Made by a program: the position numbers and the translations under genes
Notes under the pieces: model-generated
Told to the model about the DNA's origin: nothing
Database searches by the model: none
The model's input: only the letters and a program-made list of their open reading frames with translations
Shown here: piece after piece, positions 12,628-23,085 of the stretch
How positions within the stretch are numbered: the stretch's first letter is position 1
Layout: each line of letters opens with the position of its first letter
From: Camelus dromedarius
Taxonomy: Eukaryota
Reading direction: 5' to 3'
Length of the DNA stretch: 64,000 nt
Assembly: GCF_036321535.1 (NCBI RefSeq)
Contig: NC_087436.1
Location: 105,712,001-105,776,000 of the forward strand

Positions 12628-13123
12628 TGTAGTAGACATCTGTCATACTTTGGGCCACCCAGAACCCCTTCTATATTTTGAAAATATCTTCACTTTCATA
12701 AGGCAGAAGCCGAAAACTGGTTTTCCCAGCATCCCTTACGACCAGGGCACAGACATTAACTTGACCTCTAAGCAAACATCCACACAATGGACCTTGACTC
12801 AGAAGCGGTGATGCAGTGAAGCCAGTGCCACATGGAATTCACCCTGGCAAAGGCGGTGGCAGAATCTTCTGGTCTCCAGAGGCAGTGGCCCTGGAAGTCA
12901 TGTACAGCATCTGCCCAGTGACGTCCCCATGATGGTGGCGGAGGGTGTCACGACTGCAGCTGTTCCCAGACGTGGTCTGGGCCCAGTTGCTGGTTTCACA
13001 ACAACTCTCTGGCTCTCCAAGAGATTCTAGGGCTTGCCTCCTACCCCCTAACAAGTCATGTTCTGCTAAAACTAGCTGGAGTGGTTTTACTGTTATTCAC
13101 CATTAAGAACTCTATGTCAGATA
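12628..13123 (+). mobile_element. Old ERVL LTR (LTR33/LTR40-like)
   Basis: tgtagtagacatctg start; ttttcccagcatccctt; ttctgctaaaactagctggagtggttttactgtt end. Confidence 0.55.
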
Positions 13124-13182
13124 AGATCTTAGTTTCAAACAACAGAATCTGACTCCGACTGATTAAGTAGAAAAGTCGTGGA

Positions 13183-13450
13183 TTATATGTGGAATCTAAA
13201 AAATACAACAAACTAGTGAATAAAACAAAATAAGTAGCAGATTCACAGATATAGAGAACAAACAGTTACCAGGAGGGAGAAGAAGGGGGTTGGAGGGGAG
13301 GGTTATTATGGGATTATATGAAATCATCTATGTGAAACTTTTGAAAATTATCAAGCAATATAGAATTTAAAGAATCTTTCATTCAATAAACATAAATAAA
13401 TAAATAAACAAACAAATAAATAATTTTTTAAAAAACAAAAACAAAAAAGA
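13183..13450 (+). mobile_element. L1 3' end fragment (cetartiodactyl type)
   Basis: tatatgtggaatctaaaa...gggttattatgggattatatgaaatcat...aagaatctttcattcaataaa plus A-rich tail. Confidence 0.85.
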
Positions 13451-13457
13451 TACCAAG

Positions 13458-13860
13458 TGACCCCCACTTTCAGAAAGATGCAGTAGACATTCTTTCTCCT
13501 ATTCCTCCTGCCAAGTACAACTAAAAACACTAGCCCTTATATGAACAAATATAAGAAGTCTCTGAAAAAAGGCTGACTGGTTAGGGAACTTGGGGTCCAA
13601 GGAATGACATTTGATGAGTTCCCTGGATTCCCTTTTTGCCTCTCATCTACCAAATTGGATACCAAAGAAATTAGAGATCCAGAAGCACCAATGAGTACAG
13701 AACAAAAGTCCTACAGACGACTGCTCTCTCCCAAAATGACCAGGACAGGGAAACCAAGCAAGACAGAAAACGTTTAGACAACAACCACCCTCCTCCAGCC
13801 AAACACCCCAGAAAACACTGCAGCCCCTCCCCCACCCTGTCAGATTTTATCCCCCACAGA
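13458..13860 (+). mobile_element. Ancient L1M 5'-end fragment (L1MC/L1MD 5' type)
   Basis: aagatgcagtagacattctttctcctattcctcctgccaagtacaactaaaaac; agcaagacagaaaacgtttagacaac; ccagccaaacacc. Confidence 0.7.
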
Positions 13861-14124
13861 TAGTGATGGAAGAAGCTACTCATAGTCTAGCCCACTCCCG
13901 GCAAGGTCTGGCTATGCTTCTGATCCGTGGGTTCTACCAAATTCCCCCTTTTAACAAATCTCTCTTTTAATTTAAGCAGTTTGAATAAGTATCCAAGCCT
14001 CACATCCAATCGCACTCAGGCTCAGACAAACAAAACTCAGGACGCCTGGTACGTGTATGTACTAAGTGTTCAAAAGATGGTGTTGGTCTCCAACCTGCCC
14101 CTGAGAGTATTCTCCAAACCTCCA

Positions 14125-14395
14125 ACCCAGTCTTCCTTTCTCAAGTGCAATGTCACTTTCTCTGGGAAGTTGGAGAGGGCCTCTCTAACCTGATGCTCCA
14201 AATCATGCCTCCCCAAGGGGCCTCTGGTCACCCTTCCTGGTCCTAATTGCGTGTGTAGTTGTTCATTCATCTGTGACTGTCCTCGGCACCAGCCGAGGCT
14301 CCCTGGGAGGAGGCAGCACGTTAGTGCACGCACCCAGCAAGACACAAAGCACACGACGCATAGTAGGTGCACAATTAATAGCACTTGCGTGAACC
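14125..14395 (+). mobile_element. L2 3' end fragment
   Basis: aatgtcactttctctgggaag...catagtaggtgcacaattaata. Confidence 0.55.
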
Positions 14396-14409
14396 AGACT
14401 CTGAAACAG

Positions 14410-14770
14410 GCAGGAGCTCCGCGTTCCTCCGCGTACTTCTCAGGCTTCTCGCGATGACAGAGGAGGTGATGCAGGCCAAGTATGCAAATATGAGACGTCA
14501 GCCTCCTGACAGTCAGGTGTCTTCTCCTTCCCCTCCCTGCTCCCTGACAAGCCTGCTCTCATCTTGGGCAAACTCTCAAAAAAGGAGGCGCCGACCCTGA
14601 TCTCCCTTCCTCACTTAGTCCGTCTTCCGGTGGAGAGGAGAGGTGCGGAAAGGTGAGGAAGCGGAAAAAGAAGGACTGGGCCAGAGGGCTGCTCCTGCGA
14701 CCGCGCTGGGATGCTAGAGAGTGAACTCTCGATGACCTGCAGCCATGAACTTCATACCGATGGCGATAAA
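14410..14770. promoter_or_regulatory. CpG-enriched promoter/enhancer-like island
   Basis: Locally high CpG density; TCTCGCGA 14447-14454, octamer ATGCAAAT 14482-14489, GACGTCA 14494-14500, ETS CTTCCGGT 14624-14631. Confidence 0.4.
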
Positions 14771-15529
14771 ACCCCCTCCATCTTCCAGAATTCAACATAG
14801 CAGTGCTTTTTGTCAACCTTCATCATTTTAAATTGGTCACATAAGGAGTGCGTTGCGGTGACTGTTGTTTTTAAGTGGGTGGAAGACGCTTTTGCACTGA
14901 GACCTCTTTTTGGCCTGTTGCTACCCAGAACAAATGTTGCGATCAAATCACCATCCTCTGGAAACAGCAGCCTAAATGGGAAATGCTGACAACTTCTAAC
15001 CTGAGCTGTGCACATGGCATTGATAGAATACCTAAAATAAATGAATCCAGAAAAAAAAAATGAAGAAAGAAAGAAAAGAAAAGCCTGAAGTATGGGTTTC
15101 CTTAACACAGCAGAACCAGCGGCTCTGTGCCTTTTGTGAACAGGAGAGAAGATGCGCACGGCACGGGGTGGGAAGTCTTGCTGACCTCTGCACAGGACTG
15201 TGTTCTGCCGGCCTTGTTCTAAGTAGCAGACTTGGCCCTGGATTGAGGTCTGGTCATCAGAGAGATGCTGGGAGCTCCCCCACCCCGGGCTCTCCCTAAC
15301 CATGGCCACGGGCCTGGGCCTCCCGGGTCACAAGGAGTGCATGTGATCTTCTGTGCATTTGTAGAGCTTTGTTGTCTTATTCTAAGTTCTTTTTGAAAGA
15401 AGCGTGACAGTTATTTAACAAACACTCTGTTTTACAGGTAAGGAAACCTACAACAAGTGCACAGCTTGTCCAGGTCTGATTTCCAATTCAGTGTTCATTT
15501 CACCAAAATCATGTTTGGAAGTTAGATAG

Positions 15530-15740
15530 TAATGATTATAGTAGTAATGATGAGCACTGGTCACGTGACAGGTACTGCGAAAAATATTTCAATGCACATT
15601 ATCCCATTCCTACGAGGTAGGCTCTGTCATGATCTACGTTTGATGAGTGAAGAGACTACAGCCCAGAGAGGTTAAGTAACTTCTCCAAGGTCACACCGCT
15701 AGCAAGTGGCAGAACTCAGAGCCAGAATTCTCATCCCCTA
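15530..15740 (-). mobile_element. MIR SINE
   Basis: cccagagaggttaagtaacttctccaaggtcacaccgctagcaagtggcaga. Confidence 0.85.
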
Positions 15741-16338
15741 TATATGAGGCCTTACCAAGTTCAGCATTAAGGGAAAGAGTAACACTATTAAATTTATGTA
15801 TTTTATTTTATTTATTTATTTCCTTATTCTAAAAGTGATTTAGTTACATGATTTAGAAATTAAGGGAGGCTGATTCAAAGGACTAGCACAATAAAATTAG
15901 GAATTTTCCCCAATAGGCGTAACTGACAGACATTTACATAGCACTGTGCAGCCCTGCAAGTACACTAGAATTACCTCCATGTACAAGCACAGGAAAATTA
16001 AAACTTCTAAGGAAACACACCAAGATATCAGTGATTGTGTAGGAGTGGTGTGATTATGTGAGGTTTTTGGGGTTTTATTTTTTAATGTTTCCTATTTCTA
16101 AGCTTTCTGGCATTTTTTTCTTTTTGAAAAAAAATTTAAGGAAATGTAAAAAGTCTCCCCAAAATGTAGCTTGACTTATTGCTTTGAGTCTCTGGCATTT
16201 TGGGAACCACAGAGGAAAAAACAGTACTATGAAAAGCAAGAAAGGTGGGAGCAGCCCATGTTTTTCATTTTTATTACATCAAAACTTCAAAAAATTTGTC
16301 TTGATTATATCAGTAAAACTTGTCGCCACAGCCTCCCC

Positions 16339-16429
16339 AAAGAGAGAGAAAGAGAGAGAAGGGGAGGGGAGGTGGGGGGAGGGACTGGGAAAGGAGGGGA
16401 GGGGCGAGAAAGAAGGAAAAAAAGAGAAA
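16339..16429. repeat. Polypurine tract containing a G-quadruplex motif
   Basis: (AG)n followed by seven G3+ runs between 16361 and 16404. Confidence 0.8.
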
Positions 16430-16899
16430 TTGTTGCACAGCAGAACCATTAAATTTCATTGCTTTGTTTGGGAACTACTTAGCAAGTCCACAAACAGTAA
16501 TCTTGCTGGGTAATTAAAACAGAGTAAATGTCACTATTCCACTCTTTGACATTTGGTTTGGGTCCTGACAGGGCGCGATGAATTATAGAGAAGGAACCTC
16601 CCTGTTATGGACACATGTGTTAATAATCCTGGCACAAGCCTTTAATATTCCGCTAGATATTTGAAAAAATCCGTAGCCCTAGATCTCTGCCGTTCCTCCG
16701 GCACTTCATCACACGCTGCCTCGAGGCACCTCTTCTGGTGCTGTTTTGTACTGCTCTGTGGTTGTCTGGAGTCATTTAAACTTCTGTGCACAGGAGTCTG
16801 GATTTGCCACGGCATCTTTCCTGAGGGCAGCGACTGGGTTCTATTTCTTAGTAACACAATGTCATATACACCCGAGAAGGTCAGCTACATTTGAATAGT

Positions 16900-16992
16900 A
16901 ATAATAATAATAATAGCTACCTTTTATTGATCACTTAGTATACATTAGGCACTGTGCTTGGTGCTCACCCAACGCTTGTTCATTTAATGAGA
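16900..16992 (-). mobile_element. MIR 3' fragment
   Basis: aataatagctacctttattgatcacttagtatacattaggcactgtgct. Confidence 0.65.
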
Positions 16993-17004
16993 AATGGTGT
17001 GTTA

Positions 17005-17235
17005 GAGCAGGCAGCCAACCAGACTGAATCCCAGATCGGCAACTTCCTCGCTCTGTAACCTTTGACTCATTTCTCAGCCTCCCTGTTTCTTAGCTTCATC
17101 CTCAGTTAAATGAGGAAACCATGGTACCTTACTTCCTAAGGCTAAAATCAAATGAGTTGGTAAAGGTGGAGTGCTTACACACGGGAGGCACTCCAGAAAT
17201 ACTAGCCTGTTCTGCTCGTTTTATGACTATTACTG
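17005..17235 (+). mobile_element. MIR SINE
   Basis: ctgaatcccagatcggcaactt...ctgtaacctt...aaatgagttggtaaagg. Confidence 0.65.
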
Positions 17236-17279
17236 TTCATTCTTACCATGAGAGAACTCCTACATCTCCCCACCCCGAT

Positions 17280-18270
17280 TTCTCGCCTAGGTTTCCCCAT
17301 CTCAATAGATGACACCACCCCCCTCCTAACTGCCCACGTCAGAACCCAAGGCACCATCCGTGAGTTCTCTCTTCTCCTCCGAATCCCCAATCATTTAACA
17401 AGTCCTGTCAGCTCTACCTCCACAATATCCTGAATCCTCCCCGCTGGATTCCATCCAGGGAAGCAGCATTCTGCGGGGGCCCTGCCTGAGCGAGGAGACT
17501 GCCCCCACCACTGATTAGATACGTGATAATGGGCAAAGTATTTTGGGATAATAAGAGAACCTGTATCATAGGGTTGTTGTGAGGACAAAATCAGATCATC
17601 CACAGGAAGCACCTGAAACGGCCTGAACACGGAAGCCACTCCGGCAATGTTACCCATTGCTGTTACTGTGTCCACCAATTCCAGGCCGGTCCAGGCTGCC
17701 ATCAGCTCTCACTTGAACTGAGGCTCCAGCCTCTTAATTAGCCTCCCTGCTTCAGTTCTTACCTTTCAATCCTGTCACCACACAGCAGCCAAAGGGACAT
17801 TGTTACTATGTACATAAAACTGTATCTCTCCACTTCTTTCAATGGTTTCTCATTTTGCTTGGATAAAAACCCAAACCCTTACTTAGCTCTGGCCTACCAG
17901 TCTGTATATGAGTTGAACCTGTCTATTCTGACCTCGGCTTTGGACTGTTATCCTCTTCTTACTATAATTCAGAGGCACCAGCCACTTTTTAGTTCCTTGA
18001 ATGTGCTGAGCTTCAGCCTGCCCCAGGGCCTTTGCACTTGCTGCCACCACTGCCCCCAGAACATTCATTCTGGCCCTTTCTTGTATGTGCAAGTCTCCAT
18101 AGCTCACATGTTCTCTCTTCTGCCAGGACTTCATTATCCTACCTAGGGTTGCCTCTCCCTCCTCACCCCCCATCATATCATCCTGTTTTCAGGTTTTTGT
18201 AGCCATATCTGACAATGTCTTATTTGTTTATTTGTTCACTGGCTTATCTTCTGCCTGCCCAACCAGCATA
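17280..18270 (+). mobile_element. L2 LINE 3' region (resumes at 19398-19510)
   Basis: ttccccatctcaatagatgacacc; cacacagcagccaaaggga; ccagggcctttgcacttgctg. Confidence 0.85.
17530..17670 (+). mobile_element. MIR inserted in L2
   Basis: gggataataagagaacctgtatcatagggttgttgtgaggacaaaat. Confidence 0.75.
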
Positions 18271-18663
18271 TAACTTGTTCTAGTTACTAGGGTGGCATAA
18301 CAAATCACCCCTATTAAGGTAAGGAGGTAGATAAGGCACAATGGGGGTGGCTGATCTTGCCGGGCCTCAGCCAGAGGACTTGAAGGCTGGAGGCTGGAAC
18401 CACTGGGGCTTTTAGGTATCTCTTTGTCTCTGTGTGGTCCCTCCACATGATCCCGCCAGCATAGCAGCAGTGATGTCACTGGACTTCCCACATGTCAGTG
18501 CAGGGATCCCAAAGCACATGTCCTGAGGGAGGGGCAAGAGAATGCCACCTCACCTTCTATGACATAGTCTTAAAGCCATGCAGCATCACTTCCACCACAA
18601 TCACAAGCCTGTCCCGATTCAAAGGAAAAGTGTCAGTGTCATCATATTAGAAGAAAATGTGAG

Positions 18664-18708
<45 letters not shown>
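18664..18708. repeat. (AT)n(TG)n compound microsatellite
   Basis: Directly visible. Confidence 0.95.
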
Positions 18709-18710
<2 letters not shown>

Positions 18711-19250
18711 ATGGAATCTTATTCAGCCTTAAAAAGGAAGAAATGATGCCATGTGCAACAACATGGATAGACCTGGAGGCCATCATGCTCAGTGAAATAA
18801 GCCAGACACAGAAAGACAAATATTGTATAATCTCACTTATATGTGGAATCAAAATAGTCAAAAACTCGTAGAAGCAGAGAGCAGCGTGGTGGTTGCCCAG
18901 GACTGAGGGGAAGAGGAAACGGGGTGATGGTTAAAGAGTACAGAGCTTCAGTTCTGCAACAGAAATAAGTTCTGGATGTCTGCTATATGGCATATACACG
19001 TGTATGCCTGTAGCTAACAAATACTGCGCTATATACTTAAAGTTTGCTAGGATCTTAAGTATTCATACCACAAAAAGAAAAATAATAAAGGGGGTGGGAG
19101 GAAACTCTGGGGAGTGATGGGTAACCTATGGCCTGACGGCAGTGTTGGTTTCACAGGTGTACGCTTATCCTCAGACACATCGAGTTGCACCTATTAAATG
19201 TGTGCAGCTTTTTATATGTCAATCATACTTCAATAAAGCAGTTTTTTTTA
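18666..19250 (+). mobile_element. L1MA/L1MB-type 3' end (ORF2 terminus plus 3'UTR)
   Basis: Encodes TTWIDLEAIMLSEISQTQKDKYCIISLICGI; ends atgtcaatcatacttcaataaagc; 17-bp TSD 18649-18665 / 19336-19352. Confidence 0.9.
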
Positions 19251-19397
19251 ATAGGCATTTATTCATGATTTGGTTTGTTTTCATTGTTTGCAAGGATGTT
19301 TGATGCAAAATAAAAATAAAGTTACGTTAGAAAAAAGAAGAGAATGTGAGATGGAATATATTAGCACGGTCATCTTTGAAAGCGCAGTCTGCCTGAA

Positions 19398-19510
19398 AGC
19401 CCCGTGAGAGCAGCAGCCCTGCCTCGCTCGCCCTGTACCCACAGCTCCAGAGCAGTGCCTGGCACATGGTAGGCACTCAATAAATACTTGCTGAATCAAG
19501 GAATAGAATG
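19398..19510 (+). mobile_element. L2 3' terminus
   Basis: agcagtgcctggcacatggtaggcactcaataaatacttgctgaat. Confidence 0.85.
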
Positions 19511-19519
19511 CCCTATGAT

Positions 19520-19630
19520 GCAAATGTATCATTTTCATTTTATAGATGAAAAAATTGAGACCCAGTGAATGGTTCAGGTAGAAACCCAGGTCTGCCTGAC
19601 TCCAGCATCTGTTCCTTAACAGCTTAATTA
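19520..19630 (-). mobile_element. MIR fragment
   Basis: cattttatagatgaaaaaattgagacccag. Confidence 0.6.
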
Positions 19631-20571
19631 TATGCTTCATTCCCTCCCCAATGTTAAATACTGAATAAATTAATACAAGAATAAAGGGTTGAATTTTATT
19701 TCTTCCCTAGTGAAATTATCCTAATATCTCTGGTTAACATTCACATGCTATCAAGTCTTCCAATTCATCTTCCTAGATTTTTCTCTCCTAAACTTTTTAG
19801 TGCTGATTAACACTGATATGTACCAAGCATCCTTTTTCAATAGGATCACATAAGATCTGGTCTTAGGATACCTAAGACTTCTGCTTCCAGGTAACAGGCT
19901 CTGGAAATGGGTAAAATATTACTCAAAGGACTCCAGTCAAGGACTGACCAAGCAGCCTTCAAAACTACAAGTATCTAACGACTCCTTTTACTGTCACTCT
20001 CAGAAGGCTAGTTTCTGGTCTTAGCTGGTGCTGGGTGGCAAGTCTGGGTCATGGTTCAGAGGAAGAGCGCCACCTGCTGATGACCTGCTCCGCCACCCAC
20101 ATCACCACAGCTGGGATTAGACTTCCCTGTTCATGGTCAAAAGGATGTGCCGGGATCTTCTGAGCAGAACAGTGAATCTTGGTTTGATCTCCAACTTGGT
20201 TTGAGGTAACACTGAGATGCACAAAGCTCATGGCTGAATATAGGGCAGGCCAGTGTGGTTCTGGCAGGCAGGATGGTAACTCAAGTAGGACAAGATTCTT
20301 CCCAAAATACATCTTGCATTTTTCTGGCAAGCCTCTCTGCTGAATGTTCCTTTATTAAGGAGAATAATGCTCTAGCATATTTAATGCCATCCTAGCAAGG
20401 CATTACCAAGCTTATTATTTCCAGTGGTGCCTTCACTTCTATTTTCATGGGTTCCTGAGAAACTCCAATTTATAACATAAGGCAAGAAATGTCAACCTCA
20501 AATAGTTCTTGTTTCAACTAGGAGGCCTGTAGCTACAACAGGAAGCCTCGGCAACTTGACTAAGTAAATCG

Positions 20572-21115
20572 TTCATACAGTACGATTCTATTTATATGAA
20601 GTTCTAGAATAGGTGAAACTAACATATAGTGACTGATAGAAATTGGAGCAGTTGTTATCTGGGGCAAGGGGTGGGGAGGGGTTAATTGCAAAATGACACA
20701 AAGAAGGTCTGTGGTGAAGAAAATTTCTGTATCTTGGTGGGATTTGAGTTACTCAAATGACCATGTTAGTCAAAACCCATTGGATGGTACAATTAAGATG
20801 TGTGCATTTCACTTATATAATTATTTCCTAGAAAAGAAAAAATGTAAGTAAATAATTAATTTTCGTTAATAACTTGCATGCTGAAGTATTTCGGAATGGA
20901 GTTTACTGGTGTCTGCAACTTACTTTGAAATCCAGTAAGAAATAAGATAGAATGACGGATGCATAGAGAGATAGATGGATTCATATACAATTAAACACAC
21001 AGAGCAAAATGTTAATCACTGTAGGATTGAGGTGTGTGGGTGTTCACCATACACTTCCTTCCACTTGTCTCAGTGTTTGAATTTTTCCATAAAAGGCAAA
21101 CAGTAAAATAAAAAG
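20572..21115 (+). mobile_element. L1MC-type 3'UTR
   Basis: gattctatttatatgaagttctagaataggtgaaactaa; gtctgcaacttactttgaaat; gggtgttcaccatac. Confidence 0.8.
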
Positions 21116-22094
21116 GGAAAGAGCAAAGCTTAATGGAAATAGCACATGCACCCAGTTTTGGAGAGTGAGATGACTTAAGACAATCTCCAGTTTGGGCTGC
21201 TTTGGGCTGGAATTGTCTCCACTCAGTTATCTTAGTAAGAAGGACACATTGGGGAGATCAGGTGTCATTAATTAACTTTTTTGACTGAGAAAGGCTTTAA
21301 ATTTTGAAATTAAATTTTGAAATTTTAAATTTGGGGGTTCCCCTGAGCTTCCTGGTACATCCCTGTAGTAGTGGTGGGCTCCCAAATTAAGCTAATGAGG
21401 CCAAGGAGGAGGATACCGCTTTAACCAATTACTTGCACCTTTCTGTAACCTCTTGCCTAGGAGGAATGTTTTAAAGAATAGCTGGGAGCCTGCCCTTCCC
21501 CAAGTCTATCACCTTCCTAGCTTTGTACTGATTTTTTCAATGAGAATCCCTGCTCCTTAGCGTCCTGTCTCTGGAAAGAAGCTGCACAAAAAATTCTTAT
21601 TTAAGAGAGCCAACAAAGCTTTCTAAGCCATCAAATGAGTTAAGCGAAGATGAACCAGAAGTGTATGAATTAAGTTTCCCCTTAAGTCCTATAGAAATCC
21701 AATAAATAAATTAAATGCATGTGGATTTAAAAATTAAAGGCCGAAAAGGCTTGAGGCAAAGTGCATTTGACATTTGAAATAATAGAAGCTTGAGAGGAGG
21801 CACAGAACAAGATGTGCACTTACCTGCTGTAATAGGGGCCCTTGGTCACTGCTCTGCCTGACTCGGTGTTTATGGAGCATAATGGCATCGCAGGGAAGTT
21901 CAATAAAACTCTCCAGGCGCCAGGTGTGACTCGAGTGCCATCATTTAGAAGACAATGTCAGCAGGCTCCAGCTCAGCCCTCCACCCAGGAGGGCCATGAT
22001 TGCTGCAGTGCTGAGTTCCTGCAGAGTTACCTTTCCCCTTTGGAAGGGTTTGCCTACAGCTCCAAAGCACGCCTGTGAAAGGGTCTGGGAACAT

Positions 22095-22295
22095 GTTGCA
22101 AGAACCTGAAAGGTGTTCTTATTTTGACCCAGTAATTCCACCTTGAGGCATTTGGCCTAAACCAGGAATTCTGAGATGTGGCCAAAGTGATGCGTACAAG
22201 GATACTCATCACTATATTATTCAACACAGTAAACACCTTAAAGCAATCCTATGTCCAACAACAGGGGATTGGTGCAAAAATTGTGGTAGATACTG
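22095..22295 (+). mobile_element. L1ME-type ORF2 end fragment (continues about 23200-23470)
   Basis: tttgacccagtaattccacctt; atgtccaacaacaggggattgg. Confidence 0.65.
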
Positions 22296-22319
22296 TTTAA
22301 CACAGTAGCTAGGACGATA

Positions 22320-22458
22320 GGTGTGAGTATGAGACCTGGCTTAGCTACTAGCTTTGGCACCTGGTCAGTTCCATTTGTAAACTGGTTGAGCCTCATCTAT
22401 AAAATGGGGACGATAACATTACCTCGTGGGCTTTTCGAAGGATGAAATGAAACAATAT
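22320..22458 (+). mobile_element. MIR, split by MER41-type LTR
   Basis: cctcatctataaaatggggacgataacattacctc; resumes after 23089. Confidence 0.7.
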
Positions 22459-23085
22459 TGAGACAGGAGGGAAGGGGGCAGGGCACAGCCACTCAAGGAA
22501 TGACAGCAATTTAACACCAAAATGGTGGAAGATTTACCAAAGGGTGGAAGATTCAACTCCTGGTTGGCCTTGAGGATTAAGAGGTTTGACTTCTAGTAGA
22601 CCTTGAGCTTCATTATATGCTCCATGTAACAGCATGATCAGTAACATGCCCGCAGGCGTCATGACAGCCCCAAGAATAACCGCAAAAGGCCAAAGAATGG
22701 GCGGTGGCCCAGTCCCTGGGAATCTCAGCCCCTATCCCAGGGCAGCTGGAATGGTCCCATAAAAGCCGACAACACCACGCCTAGCACCCTTTTTCGCTCC
22801 CTCCTCTTTGGAGATGGCCCGCACTCTTGTCTATGGAGTGTGTACCTACTTTTACTTTAAGCTGAGCACCCGATTCACACACCTCTTTCCTTGTCTTTCT
22901 CTTGCCTTACACTCTATGCAGTACGTATCTCTCTAAATAAATCTACCTTTACTCAACTGTGGCTCTCACTTGAATTCTTTCCTGCTCGAAGCCAAGGACC
23001 CACACCTGGTGGGGCACATCCCAGGGGCTCAATCAAGACGTGGGACATGGCCCTCCTCACACCCCACATCCATTTTCCTACATCA
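22459..23085 (+). mobile_element. MER41-type ERV1 solo LTR
   Basis: TG...CA termini (tgagacaggagggaagggggcagggcac ... cctacatca); AATAAA near 22936; TSD atat/gtat; start resembles artiodactyl MER41 elements. Confidence 0.85.

Larger units (their letters stand above)
18275..19397 (-). mobile_element. MLT1G/H-like MaLR LTR inserted in L2, itself split by an L1
   Basis: ctctgtgtggtccctccacatg; cagcatcacttccaccaca; resumes gtgagatggaatatattagcacggtcatctttgaaagcgcagtctgcc. Confidence 0.7.

Noticed and set aside
14454..14600. 48-aa small ORF MTEEVMQAKYANMRRQ...QKRRRRP
   Set aside because: No similarity recognised and no supporting evidence; it overlaps the motif cluster, which is better explained as regulatory.
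14482..14760. snRNA-type gene (octamer as distal sequence element)
   Set aside because: No PSE and no recognisable snRNA body at the expected distance on either strand.
14752..15309. 185-aa minus-strand ORF, the longest non-L1 ORF
   Set aside because: Crosses an A-run/(GAAA)n tract (FLFFLSSFFFS); no recognisable homology.
15425..15450. Recursive-splice-like motif ttttacag|gtaagg (similar near 8478 and 39468)
   Set aside because: These are variants of the reverse MIR core attttacagatgaggaaac and are expected from repeat decay.
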